Shown piece after piece: positions 24,904 through 34,305 of a DNA stretch of 41,951 nt; positions within the stretch are counted from its first letter, which is position 1, and every line of letters begins with the position of its first letter. The notes beneath the pieces are model-generated. The model worked only from the letters and a program-made list of their open reading frames with translations. It ran no database searches and had not been told where the DNA came from. Source of the DNA: a virus (lineage: Duplodnaviria > Caudoviricetes). Position numbers and translations under genes: made by a program. The stretch covers positions 1 through 41,951 of the IMG/VR virus record IMGVR_UViG_3300048998_000066; one strand, given 5' to 3'.

Positions 24904-25472
24904 AAGCTGTACCGGCAGGCGACCTAACCGCGATGGTCGGCGACTACGTGATGGAGAAAGTACCGGGGTTTGTACTACTCCCAGGCATGTTTCAAGCATT
25001 CATGGTCGTCAACGACAACATGGATTTCGTTGCAGGGGTAGTCTTCACTAATTTTCGCAGTACTAACGGAACGCCCACTGATATAGAAATATCGTGTGCT
25101 ACGGAAACGGCCGCGGCGTGGCGGCCGAGTGTGTGTAGGGCGATCTTTAAATACGTATTCGAAACGGTCGGTTGTGTGCGATGTACGTCTATTACCATCA
25201 AGAGCAATCGAAAAGCGCGAAGCTTTTTAGAGGGCCTTGGTTTTCAACTTGAAGGCAACGTGAGGCTAGGCTATGACGGTCGGCGAGACGCCCTAATCTA
25301 TGGGCTCTTGCGGTCGGAATGCCGCTTCCTTGCCGACGATAGCGAGACGGATCATGGGGAAGAAAGACAGCCCAGCACCGCCCCCAGCGCCGGACCCGGC
25401 AGCGACAGCGGCGGCGCAGGAGAAGACCAACATTGGGTCAGCGATTGCACAAGCGAACCTGAACCGAATTAA
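24900..25472 (+). CDS. GNAT-family acetyltransferase-like protein
   Basis: FKYVFETVGCVRCT...SNRKARSFLEGLGFQLEG..R; usual position in podophage tail operons. Confidence 0.8.
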   Translation: MKAVPAGDLTAMVGDYVMEKVPGFVLLPGMFQAFMVVNDNMDFVAGVVFTNFRSTNGTPTDIEISCATETAAAWRPSVCRAIFKYVFETVGCVRCTSITIKSNRKARSFLEGLGFQLEGNVRLGYDGRRDALIYGLLRSECRFLADDSETDHGEERQPSTAPSAGPGSDSGGAGEDQHWVSDCTSEPEPN

Positions 25473-26715
25473 TCAGGTCACGCCGCAGGGCTCGCTTTCT
25501 TATACCCAAGATACGAACGCGGACGGTACTGCAAAATTTAATCCTGACGGGACGCCAGTATATACTCAAACGCAATCGCTATCGCCAGATGAGCAGAAAA
25601 AGTACGACTTAAATAATCAGGTTGCGATTTCCCTGGATGGACTTGCAACCGATAACATAGGCCGTGTTAATGACGCCCAGGCTACGCCGTTTACGTATGA
25701 CGGTATGACGCCTGTTACGTCGTCGGCCCAAACTGGCTCGCTAGATAACGGCCCCGCCGGGGGCCAAGGCGTGCAAGGCTCGCTGGATTACTCCAAACTG
25801 ACAGCGTTGCCCGGTACTTCAGATTTCAGCGCGGACGCCGCAAAAACGCAAGCGTCCGTATACGGGCAGGCCGCTTCTCGCCTGGACCCGCAATGGACAA
25901 ATAACGATAACGACCTGACTGCGAAATTGGCGGCGCAAGGCATATCTGAAAATTCAGATGCGTACCGTCGGGCGCAGACACAAGAAAGTCAGAATAAGAA
26001 CGACGCATATAATCAAGCCGGGTACTCTGCAATCCAAGCCGGATCGGCGGAGCAATCTCGTTTGTTCGGGCTTGCGATGGACGCGCGCCAGCAAGGGCAG
26101 AACGAAGTCGACACGCAGGGCAATTTCGTTAATTCGGCGCAACAGCAAACATTCCAACAACAGCAAGCTTCTGCGGCGCTCGCGAACGCGAATGAGAACA
26201 CGACGTTCAATCAAAGTAGTGCTAATGCGGCGTTGGGTAACAGCGCTCGCCAACAGCAGATTGAACAAGCCGCATACTTGCGGAACATGCCCATCAACGA
26301 TATCGCTGCGTTGCTTGGTACTGGCCCCGGTGTGCAGCAGCCCGATTTCAACCCCGTGTCGCAAGTTGGCGTAGCCGCCCCGGATTATCAGGGCATCGTA
26401 CAAAATAACTACGCCCAGGCCATGAACCAGTACAATACAAACCAGCAGGCGAACGCGCAAATGTGGGGTTCGATCTTTGGCGCAGCCGGCACGGCGGCAG
26501 GTGCGGCTGTTAAGATGAGCGATAAACGCTTTAAAGAGAATATTCGCCGTATTGGAACTCTTGCCAATGGGCTTGCAACATACGCGTTCAACTACATCGG
26601 CAATAGGGCGCAAGAATTTGGTGTCATGGCGCAAGAAGTTCTGAAGATTATTCCCGGTGCGGTGTCGTATGGCCCGGATGGATACATGCGCGTTGATTAC
26701 GGAAAGGTCTATTAA
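25354..26715 (+). CDS. Internal virion/ejection protein with C-terminal peptidase S74-like chaperone domain
   Basis: MGKKDSPAPPPAPDP start; Gln/Asn/Ala-rich; SDKRFKENI...GVMAQEV...VDY. Confidence 0.75.
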   Translation: MGKKDSPAPPPAPDPAATAAAQEKTNIGSAIAQANLNRINQVTPQGSLSYTQDTNADGTAKFNPDGTPVYTQTQSLSPDEQKKYDLNNQVAISLDGLATDNIGRVNDAQATPFTYDGMTPVTSSAQTGSLDNGPAGGQGVQGSLDYSKLTALPGTSDFSADAAKTQASVYGQAASRLDPQWTNNDNDLTAKLAAQGISENSDAYRRAQTQESQNKNDAYNQAGYSAIQAGSAEQSRLFGLAMDARQQGQNEVDTQGNFVNSAQQQTFQQQQASAALANANENTTFNQSSANAALGNSARQQQIEQAAYLRNMPINDIAALLGTGPGVQQPDFNPVSQVGVAAPDYQGIVQNNYAQAMNQYNTNQQANAQMWGSIFGAAGTAAGAAVKMSDKRFKENIRRIGTLANGLATYAFNYIGNRAQEFGVMAQEVLKIIPGAVSYGPDGYMRVDYGKVY

Positions 26716-28383
26716 ATGACGACGCACCGTCGCCCGCCCGTAATCCCGGAAATTGCCAAGGCGTACCAAAACGATCCCAGCACCCAACTTGCTTTAAAAG
26801 CATTGGCTACGGGATCGTCTACGGCCCCGGTTGCTTTGGGCAAGTACGGCATGGGCGATGGCGTTGCCCGTATCGCGCAAGCGTTGATTGGCGCGAAGCT
26901 GGACAACTCAACACAGGACAAGTACGGGGCCGACGAGGCTGAATTATTGGCGCTCCGTAAGGCACGCGGCGTGGATGGCCTTAGTGGTACGGCGGCTCCC
27001 CTAGGGGTGCCGGCCCCCTCTGCGCCTCCTGTAGCGACGGCCCCGGCGGTCGCGGCGGCTCTAGGGGCCCCTGCCCCTTCCCCGGTTCCGCCTATCGCCT
27101 CTCCCGGCCTTCCTACGGCCCCGCTTCCGGCCCCGGCTGCTACCCTAGCACCCCCTGCCGCCGTGCCCCCTCCTGGCCCTCCCCTGGCCGCCCAGCGCGG
27201 GGGTGGGCCGAACGGTCGCTCCCCTTTTGGCCCTTCGGTCGGGGGTAGGCTCCCGGCCTTCCTAGCTGCGCCGACTGAAGAAATCGTGCCGAATGGCCCC
27301 GCGCCCGTAGCTAAGCCGACGCGGCCGGATGCAATCGGACCTACTAAATCGCGCATGTTGAATGCCGCGTACCGTATCATGTCTGACGCCAACCCGTACG
27401 AAAGTGCACAGGGTCAAGATATGTATACGGATGGTCTGGCCGATCAAACCAAACTGGACGAGAGCGCTGCCGATCGCAAACAACGGCTTATTGATGCTGA
27501 GTACGGTACGGATCGCGAGTTGTACGCTAACGCCGCATCGCAGGATCGCGCGTCGGTTATCAAGGGTCGCGAGGACGTAATCGCGAGCAACCGCACCGCA
27601 TTGAAGGACTTTAAAGACAAAACCTTTGAATACGGCGTACACAAGGAAGACCAAACCTTCCAAGCCGGCGAGAAAGCTAAGGATCGCGCGAACGCCGTAA
27701 ACATCGAACGTATGAAAATCTCCGCTGACGCGGAGCGCGCCGCCGATCTCACACCTGCCGAACAACAAGCACTTACTCAAGCGGCGCTGCAAGGTCGCGT
27801 GGATGTATCGCGTGAGACGAAGTACAATCGCAAGCAACTGGCACAGACGTTCCTTGCTAATCCGAATTTCGATGCCATGACCAATCACGGCATGGCGGCG
27901 CTTATCGGGAATGCGCCTGCGCAGCAAAAGGCCATGATGGCGGCACAGTTGCCGCAAGTATTAGCTAATGTGCGCGATGCTGGCAAGAAAATCAATCTGT
28001 CCGATGCCCGGTTCGTTGGTAACTTGCAAGCATGGGGTAAGGGCCAACTTAACGACCCCGATTTTACTGCGTACATGAATAGCCGCAACGACGCCATGAT
28101 GATGATTGCGCAAGTAATGCGCGGCACGGGCGCGACCGATAAGGCCGTGCAGATGGAGAATGACGCCGCACCAAAAACCATGAGCCCTAAGGCGTGGGAT
28201 GCGTGGTACGGCTCGCAGTTAAAGTCTCTGGCCCCACGTATCGAAATTATGGAAAAGCGCAAACTACTGCCTGAGGGTACAACAGCATCGTTGAATGGTA
28301 CTACGACCCCTCCGGGCGGCGCCGTAGTACCGCGCAAACCGGGCGAAACTGTCGCGCAATACTTGGCGCGGACGGGGGGCTAA
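26716..28383 (+). CDS. Internal virion/DNA ejection protein
   Basis: Synteny; Ala-rich helical with a Pro-Ala linker. Confidence 0.65.
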   Translation: MTTHRRPPVIPEIAKAYQNDPSTQLALKALATGSSTAPVALGKYGMGDGVARIAQALIGAKLDNSTQDKYGADEAELLALRKARGVDGLSGTAAPLGVPAPSAPPVATAPAVAAALGAPAPSPVPPIASPGLPTAPLPAPAATLAPPAAVPPPGPPLAAQRGGGPNGRSPFGPSVGGRLPAFLAAPTEEIVPNGPAPVAKPTRPDAIGPTKSRMLNAAYRIMSDANPYESAQGQDMYTDGLADQTKLDESAADRKQRLIDAEYGTDRELYANAASQDRASVIKGREDVIASNRTALKDFKDKTFEYGVHKEDQTFQAGEKAKDRANAVNIERMKISADAERAADLTPAEQQALTQAALQGRVDVSRETKYNRKQLAQTFLANPNFDAMTNHGMAALIGNAPAQQKAMMAAQLPQVLANVRDAGKKINLSDARFVGNLQAWGKGQLNDPDFTAYMNSRNDAMMMIAQVMRGTGATDKAVQMENDAAPKTMSPKAWDAWYGSQLKSLAPRIEIMEKRKLLPEGTTASLNGTTTPPGGAVVPRKPGETVAQYLARTGG

Positions 28384-28384
28384 T

Positions 28385-30532
28385 ATGGACGCTGCGCAAC
28401 TGAAAGCCGCCGGTTTCACGGATCAGGAAATCAAGCTGCATCAAGCTGGGTTTTCTGACGATGAGATCAAAGGCGCGAAGCCCAAGCCGGCGACGTTCCT
28501 TAGTACGCTCGGCCGCGCAGCATGGAATTTGCCCGCTGACGCCATGGATACACTGAAGAATATAGATGCAATTCCTGGCAAGGTAATGTCTACGGCTGCC
28601 CATGCCGTATTGCACCCGCAAGATACTGTTAATCAATACGCACCCGCCATACATAACGCCGCCGATATCCTAGGCGGCGCGCTGCAACATGCGCGTGATA
28701 TGTCACCCGCCAATCTTCAAGGTAGTGCGCCGAAGATGGATACGGCGGCGTTTGATAAGTACTTACAAGGCGTACATGATAAGTACGGCACTAAACAAGG
28801 TATTTATAAAGAAGTAGGCGATCACCCTGTAGGGGCATTAATGACGGCCGCGTCAGTTGCCGCACCCGCTTTAAAGTTAGTTGGTGCGACGGATGCTCTT
28901 GCTGATGCCAGCGCTGCGGCCGGTAGCGCGATTAAGTCACGCGCAGCTCCTATCGCGTCTCGCATTGCAACGCCCATAAATCGTATTACTTCGGCGGAAC
29001 GAACTGCAACTGCGGCGGCGGATACCATGCGCGCCGATACTGGATCGCGCCTAGCTGATGCGCGAGTTGCCGCCGCGCAGGAGGCTACCGACACATCGGA
29101 TCGGGCCGCGCGGGCCGCAGCACTAGCCAATCGCGCTCGCACGCAAGGTAAGACTTTGGATGCGCGCCGCGCCGCCGCTGCTGCGGAGGCTGTCCCGCCT
29201 GAGCCGGCTATTGGCCAACCGGCGCACTTGTCAGAGATCGGCGATAGCATACGCACGCCCGCCCTGGCGAATGAAGATGCCCTAAATGTTAAGATGCGCG
29301 AGGCGGACGGTAAGTATCGTACTGCCATGCAACAAGTCGCGGATGATCGCGCCGCCGCTGGTGTGGGTGTTTCTGACACTCCGCTGGCGAAAGCCATGAT
29401 CAAACAATCGCAAGCGATAGTATCGCCTAACCCGGTCACGCGCCCGGCGGTTGGTAACGTGCCCATGGATAGCGCAGGCGCGAAGCTGCATAAGCAACTG
29501 CTTGACGTGCTGCAACCGCAGCCAGTGCCTCTTACTGACGTTGAGGCTGCTAAAGCCGTTAAAGCGGGTGTGAACGTGCAAACCGGCGCGGACGGCTCGA
29601 AATATCGCGTAATCAAACCCGATCTTAGTAATGTGGATGATTTCCGTCGCTTCTTAGGAAAAGTACTTAATGGCGATGTTGAGGGTTACGCAGCCATAAA
29701 TCGCACTGAAGCTCAAAATATGTACGGTAATCTCGCTAAAGTTATTGACCGCTACGTTCAGGGGGCCAGTAAGCCGGTTCAGGCTAACTGGCGTGCGGGT
29801 AAGCAAGCGCTCGCGCCATTCGAGAACGTGCGCGCCGGTCAAGCTATTGTTGGAACTCAAGCTGGGACAAACGCGGCTTCGGTTCCGGCGGCGAACCTTC
29901 CCGGCAGGATTATTTCCGGCGGTAGAGATACTTTAAAGCAAGCAGCGATTGTCGCCGGGGATGCACCCGTTGCATCGGCCTTGCGCAGCCAAGTACAAAA
30001 CGCCCTTACGGGTAAAACGGCGGATGCGGCTGAGGCGGCCATACGTCCCGGTACGACACTCGGAGATGCGATCAATACGGATGATGGCCTTACGGCTGCT
30101 GTGCGGGCCCACATACAGCAAGTGCGTCAAGCGGAGCAACGCGGCGTAGATGCGGATACGCTGGCGCGTCGTTCGGCGACCGCCATGAGCCGCAGTACGT
30201 CACTGGACAAAGCGGCGTCGGCGCTGCAAAGCACGTCCGAGAAAGCTGCTCTAAAAGCGCGCGGGTACCAACAAGAGATTTCCGCGCTTGAAGTCACGCA
30301 GCCGCGTCAGGTTGGTTCGAAGTACGTAGATGTACTTAATCGCGCCCACGCCGATGGAAGCATCACGACGGATCAGCTTAGCAGGGGCTTACAGCTTGCC
30401 GCCGGGGCTGAAAAGGCATTTGCTTTAAAGGCAACTCGCGACGCTTGGCTCAAACAGGCGGCGATTACGCTGGGAGTTACTAGCGGACTTGGCGTGGCGG
30501 GCGTTGGCGTTCTACACACCGCCGGTCACTAG
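28385..30532 (+). CDS. Large internal virion/DNA ejection protein
   Basis: 715 aa Ala-rich; N-terminal AGFTDQEI/AGFSDDEI repeats; hydrophobic C-terminus. Confidence 0.65.
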   Translation: MDAAQLKAAGFTDQEIKLHQAGFSDDEIKGAKPKPATFLSTLGRAAWNLPADAMDTLKNIDAIPGKVMSTAAHAVLHPQDTVNQYAPAIHNAADILGGALQHARDMSPANLQGSAPKMDTAAFDKYLQGVHDKYGTKQGIYKEVGDHPVGALMTAASVAAPALKLVGATDALADASAAAGSAIKSRAAPIASRIATPINRITSAERTATAAADTMRADTGSRLADARVAAAQEATDTSDRAARAAALANRARTQGKTLDARRAAAAAEAVPPEPAIGQPAHLSEIGDSIRTPALANEDALNVKMREADGKYRTAMQQVADDRAAAGVGVSDTPLAKAMIKQSQAIVSPNPVTRPAVGNVPMDSAGAKLHKQLLDVLQPQPVPLTDVEAAKAVKAGVNVQTGADGSKYRVIKPDLSNVDDFRRFLGKVLNGDVEGYAAINRTEAQNMYGNLAKVIDRYVQGASKPVQANWRAGKQALAPFENVRAGQAIVGTQAGTNAASVPAANLPGRIISGGRDTLKQAAIVAGDAPVASALRSQVQNALTGKTADAAEAAIRPGTTLGDAINTDDGLTAAVRAHIQQVRQAEQRGVDADTLARRSATAMSRSTSLDKAASALQSTSEKAALKARGYQQEISALEVTQPRQVGSKYVDVLNRAHADGSITTDQLSRGLQLAAGAEKAFALKATRDAWLKQAAITLGVTSGLGVAGVGVLHTAGH

Positions 30533-30542
30533 GAGTATTTAA

Positions 30543-31346
30543 ATGGCCTTCGACGGTTTCGGAAACTTCACTCGCGTACATAGCTGGGCCGCTGATAAAC
30601 TAGCAGCGATCAAGATTACCGCCGTGCGCCACGATGAAGAAGACGACGGTTTCGCGACCGCGTTTAACGCCGTCTTGCTGCGCTCTGGCGTGGCGGCCAT
30701 GACTGGCAGCCTCAAGCTGGGCGGAAATTCTATTACTGGCTTAGGGGCGGGCACGGCTGGCGTGCCTAACCTTTCCTATTCTGCTGATGCAACTACGGGT
30801 ATGTACTTTCCCGCCGTTGGCGTTGTCGCACTGTCAGCGAATGGCGTGGAGCGTGCCAGAGCCAACTCTACCGGCTTCAATGTTCCTGCTGGTCAGTTGT
30901 TGGGCGTCGGTACGAATATGCCGCGTACTCAACTCGATGTGGTAGGTATCGCATCATTCCGAGGCGCGTTTGAGGACGTGTCTATCAGCGCATTGGCGCT
31001 TACGGGCACAGTCAATTTGGACTATATTACGGCAGCGGTATTTATGCTTACGTTGAACGCGGCCGGAAACTGGACGTTCAACGTACGTGGCGATGGCACT
31101 AATTCATTAAACAGTATCATGGCTACTGGTCAGTGTTTGACTTTGGCGGTTGAAGTACCGCAGGGCGGTACTGCGTACTATTGCACCGCTATTACGATTG
31201 ATGGGGTTGCCCCCGCCGCAGTTAAGTGGGCTGGGGGCGCACCAACGCAGGGTAATCCGTCCGGCGTGGATATTTATGCGATCCGCGTTACTAAAACAGC
31301 TAACGCGACGTTTCAAGTACGCGCATCGCAATCGCAGGAGAAGTGA
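30543..31346 (+). CDS. Tail fibre protein
   Basis: N-terminal FDGFGNF...WAAD...I.A.RHD.EDD.FA attachment domain; C-terminal KWAGGAP...SGVDIY. Confidence 0.75.
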   Translation: MAFDGFGNFTRVHSWAADKLAAIKITAVRHDEEDDGFATAFNAVLLRSGVAAMTGSLKLGGNSITGLGAGTAGVPNLSYSADATTGMYFPAVGVVALSANGVERARANSTGFNVPAGQLLGVGTNMPRTQLDVVGIASFRGAFEDVSISALALTGTVNLDYITAAVFMLTLNAAGNWTFNVRGDGTNSLNSIMATGQCLTLAVEVPQGGTAYYCTAITIDGVAPAAVKWAGGAPTQGNPSGVDIYAIRVTKTANATFQVRASQSQEK

Positions 31347-31997
31347 ATGCCGCGTATGGGGTCGTTTGGCGGCGTGTCGTGGTACGCATACCGCTCAAAA
31401 GGACAAAACGCCGTGTTTATTCAAGGGAGCGAGGCTGCCACCGTAGTCGGCGCTCAACACTTGGATTGGACAGGTGCGCTTATTAACGATATCGGCATTG
31501 TTATTGTTGGCGGAGATACTGTTAGCGTAGCTCCCGCAGGTTTCACGCGTATAACGCACGATACGTCGTGGTTTTTCGGCGATATGAATGTGTATTGGAA
31601 AACGCTGAACTCGACCGATATCGCGTCAGGCCATACCGTAACAACCGCTAACGGCGGCGGCATTATCGAAGCAGCCGTGTATAGAGGCGGCAATACGGTA
31701 ACTGCCGTAATTGTCCCGACATTTACAGTAGGAGGTACGCACCTTAATGTAATGGGTGGCTTTGGTAAAAATGCCGCAAGTAAATCGATTGTATCTTATT
31801 GCGTAGATTTCGACACGGGTAATACTAATGCATATCCCGCTGATTGGATTACGCGACGTGCCGGCGCGCCCGGGGCGGCTTTCCGCATTACGCTTACAGA
31901 TATCAAACCTTTAAAGTATGCAAACGGTTCTTCGGTAACGGTAAACAGTACTCCAAGTACGTCCGGTACCGCCTGTCAAATGTTGGAAATAACGTAA
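31347..31997 (+). CDS. Tail fibre-associated or receptor-binding protein
   Basis: Gly/Thr-rich beta protein directly after the fibre gene. Confidence 0.6.
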   Translation: MPRMGSFGGVSWYAYRSKGQNAVFIQGSEAATVVGAQHLDWTGALINDIGIVIVGGDTVSVAPAGFTRITHDTSWFFGDMNVYWKTLNSTDIASGHTVTTANGGGIIEAAVYRGGNTVTAVIVPTFTVGGTHLNVMGGFGKNAASKSIVSYCVDFDTGNTNAYPADWITRRAGAPGAAFRITLTDIKPLKYANGSSVTVNSTPSTSGTACQMLEIT

Positions 31998-32003
31998 GCG
32001 CGC

Positions 32004-32015
32004 GGGGGGGGGGGG
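32004..32015 (+). repeat. G12 homopolymer at the RBS position of the first lysis-region gene
   Basis: 12 consecutive G, 6 nt before the GTG at 32022. Confidence 0.85.
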
Positions 32016-32021
32016 AATAAC

Positions 32022-32417
32022 GTGATAGATTGGGGCGAAACTTTAAAGGCATTGGGTGCCATAGCAGGCTCGATTATTGGAGGTACTGGCGTATGGGCAT
32101 ATGTAATAGCGCGGCAAAAAGCTAAAATTGAAGCGCCCGCCGCCATTGCAACAAGTCAGGCCGACCTCGTAGCAGCCATGACACTGCAAACAAAAATGCT
32201 TTTCGCAGAAAGTCGTACGTACCGTCTCGGGTTGTCGCGTAAAGTGGCAAAACAAGACGAACGCATAGACAGGATTATGCAGGAAGTATCCGAATGCAAT
32301 GAGCGCCACGCCGAGTGCGAAACTAAACTAGCGCACCATCGCGCAGAAATAGCTCAAATGCTGCGCGATGCGAACGTTGCCACTTATCCAAACGGAGGGG
32401 CCAATGCTTCCGATTAA
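32022..32417 (+). CDS. Putative holin/antiholin (one N-terminal TM helix plus coiled coil)
   Basis: ALGAIAGSIIGGTGVWAYVI; directly upstream of the endolysin. Confidence 0.55.
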   Translation: MIDWGETLKALGAIAGSIIGGTGVWAYVIARQKAKIEAPAAIATSQADLVAAMTLQTKMLFAESRTYRLGLSRKVAKQDERIDRIMQEVSECNERHAECETKLAHHRAEIAQMLRDANVATYPNGGANASD

Positions 32418-32835
32418 GTACTTAACGATCCACTGTACGGCGACCCCGGAGGGGCGCGATAATACGGCTGCGGAAGTGACGCAATGGGATATCGCGCGTT
32501 TCGGCCAACCGTCGTACCATCACGTTATCGAACTTGACGGGAACGCCGTACGCACGCTGAATGATGATCAGCGCGGCGCGCACGTTGCAGGCAACAATAC
32601 CGGCAATATCGGTATCTCATACGTCGGCGGGACGGAAACCCTCAATGAAGGTGGCGATCCCAAGGACACTCGCACTACAGCGCAGAAGGCGACTTTAAAG
32701 CGCTTGGTTGAAGATTACCAAGCCAAATACCCCGGCCTTATCGTTCGCGGGCATCGCGAGTGGCCGGACGTACATAAAGCGTGCCCGTCTTTCGACGTAT
32801 CCGCATGGCTTAAGGCGGGTATGCCAACAACGTAA
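32404..32835 (+). CDS. Endolysin, N-acetylmuramoyl-L-alanine amidase (T7 lysozyme-like)
   Basis: IHCTAT, YH, GAHVAGNN, IGISYVGG, GHRE, KACPSFDV. Confidence 0.93.
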   Translation: MLPIKYLTIHCTATPEGRDNTAAEVTQWDIARFGQPSYHHVIELDGNAVRTLNDDQRGAHVAGNNTGNIGISYVGGTETLNEGGDPKDTRTTAQKATLKRLVEDYQAKYPGLIVRGHREWPDVHKACPSFDVSAWLKAGMPTT

Positions 32836-32845
32836 GGATAGTACT

Positions 32846-33058
32846 ATGCCTTCTTATGTCACTTCGCTTCTTCGTCTTCTCGGCGGCGTAATCGGCGGCT
32901 GGCTCATTGCCAAGGGCTATATCACTGCCGATCAGGCTCCCGAAATCGGCGGGGCCATTCTGACCCTCGTCGCGGCGGGTTGGGCCGTTACCCATACGGC
33001 GAGCACGCGTGCGGCGCTTACCGACGCCATCGCCGCCCCGGCCGGTAAGGCGAGATAA
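32846..33058 (+). CDS. Putative holin (two TM helices)
   Basis: AAGGA RBS; LLRLLGGVIGGWLIAKG...IGGAILTLVAAGWAV. Confidence 0.7.
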   Translation: MPSYVTSLLRLLGGVIGGWLIAKGYITADQAPEIGGAILTLVAAGWAVTHTASTRAALTDAIAAPAGKAR

Positions 33059-33286
33059 TTGCTCGCATTCGTAACTGCCCTATTCGGTTTTCTGGACCGG
33101 GTAGGGCAGTACTTCGCCAATCAGCAGTTGATTAACGCTGGTAAGGCGGAACAAGCCGTCGCAGTACAAGAGAAGGTCGAAGCCAATGTCGTCCAAGCGC
33201 AACTTGCTCTTGACTTGCCTGATGCTACCCGTACTGGGCGCTTGCGCTCCCGGTTTGATAGAAGCCAAGCAACCGGCAACGAGTGA
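33059..33286 (+). CDS. i-spanin (Rz-like)
   Basis: Hydrophobic N-terminus and helical body; overlapped by a lipoprotein gene in another frame. Confidence 0.6.
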   Translation: MLAFVTALFGFLDRVGQYFANQQLINAGKAEQAVAVQEKVEANVVQAQLALDLPDATRTGRLRSRFDRSQATGNE

Positions 33287-33419
33287 CTACTGCCGTATTG
33301 CCAAACCTATCGGGTACGACAGCGCGCACGACACGCCGCAGACGGTCGCTGCTATCGAGGGCCACAATTCGGCTTGGGTCTGCGTCTGCGAGCATGATTG
33401 CCCCAAGCCTAGCCATTAG
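33186..33419 (+). CDS. o-spanin (Rz1-like lipoprotein)
   Basis: Lipobox LGAC after a signal peptide; DYC and DTPQT..IEGHN motifs. Confidence 0.75.
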   Translation: MSSKRNLLLTCLMLPVLGACAPGLIEAKQPATSDYCRIAKPIGYDSAHDTPQTVAAIEGHNSAWVCVCEHDCPKPSH

Positions 33420-33771
33420 GGGTCGCCATGGCGGGGCTGGGAGGGGGTCTAGGCGGGCTCTCAGCCCCTTCAGCTAGGGCGGTAGCATCTTGACCCCTCT
33501 TAGGGAGCCTGAGACGCCGCCCCTTCTCAATTTGAGTGAGCAGCCACCATGCGCCCAGGACAAGGCGGGCCTCGCTTACCGTGGGGACTTCATACAACGC
33601 CATGAAGTGCTGTAGGGCAAGTTCGCCTGCGTAGTTGAGACAAAGTGCCTTTAAAGCGGCCCGAACGTGTCTGTCTCGTACGCTTGCCATAATATCGTAT
33701 GCGCGCCACGCGGCGAATTCGTCGAGTTGTTCGTGACGGTACAGGAATAAGAAATGGTTAATGCTGATCAT
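33409..33771 (-). CDS. Hypothetical protein
   Basis: 120 aa; last gene of the leftward operon, converging on the lysis genes. Confidence 0.65.
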   Translation of the reverse strand: MISINHFLFLYRHEQLDEFAAWRAYDIMASVRDRHVRAALKALCLNYAGELALQHFMALYEVPTVSEARLVLGAWWLLTQIEKGRRLRLPKRGQDATALAEGAESPPRPPPSPAMATPNG

Positions 33772-33967
33772 AATTGTATGCCTCCAGGCAGGACGTTATA
33801 GCGCTTTCGAGATCATCGACGTGCGCATTTAACGTGGTGAATTTGCGAGCACACATTAGTACTTCACACTTAATAGCTACTTCGTGTTTTTGTTTAGTGC
33901 TTAGCCGATCCCCCACGTAGTTATCAAGTATGGTTTTGACGACGCGTATGCGATTTTCGTGTTTCAT
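33758..33967 (-). CDS. Hypothetical protein
   Basis: ATGA coupling. Confidence 0.65.
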   Translation of the reverse strand: MKHENRIRVVKTILDNYVGDRLSTKQKHEVAIKCEVLMCARKFTTLNAHVDDLESAITSCLEAYNYDQH

Positions 33968-34305
33968 AAGCGCGCCATAATAGTTAAGTTGGCCGCCACG
34001 GTTGTCCCGTTAGCAAGTACTTCCACATGCTCAAGGCCGTGGATGAAGTTCCACTCTTGATCGCGTAATTCTTCATCCAAGTGCCGGTGGGCGGTGCGCA
34101 AGTACACAATAGCAGGCCCTATTAGCAATGTACGATCACTCTTACGCCAAATAGCATTAAGTCCGCGCGCAGCGGCGGTATTTATCATGTCGAGTTTTTG
34201 CCAGTCGCGTTCCAACGCGTTCGGCGTGATAAATAGGGCGCGTACGGGTTCTTCTTTCGCTGCATGGCTGCACAGTTCATTGAATAGTGCCATTTCGCTG
34301 ATCAT
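33964..34305 (-). CDS. Hypothetical protein
   Basis: ATGA coupling to the helicase. Confidence 0.7.
   Translation of the reverse strand: MISEMALFNELCSHAAKEEPVRALFITPNALERDWQKLDMINTAAARGLNAIWRKSDRTLLIGPAIVYLRTAHRHLDEELRDQEWNFIHGLEHVEVLANGTTVAANLTIMARL

Noticed and set aside
26712-27392. 226-aa Gly/Ala-rich minus-strand ORF
   Set aside because: Mirror of the Pro-Ala linker in the ejection protein
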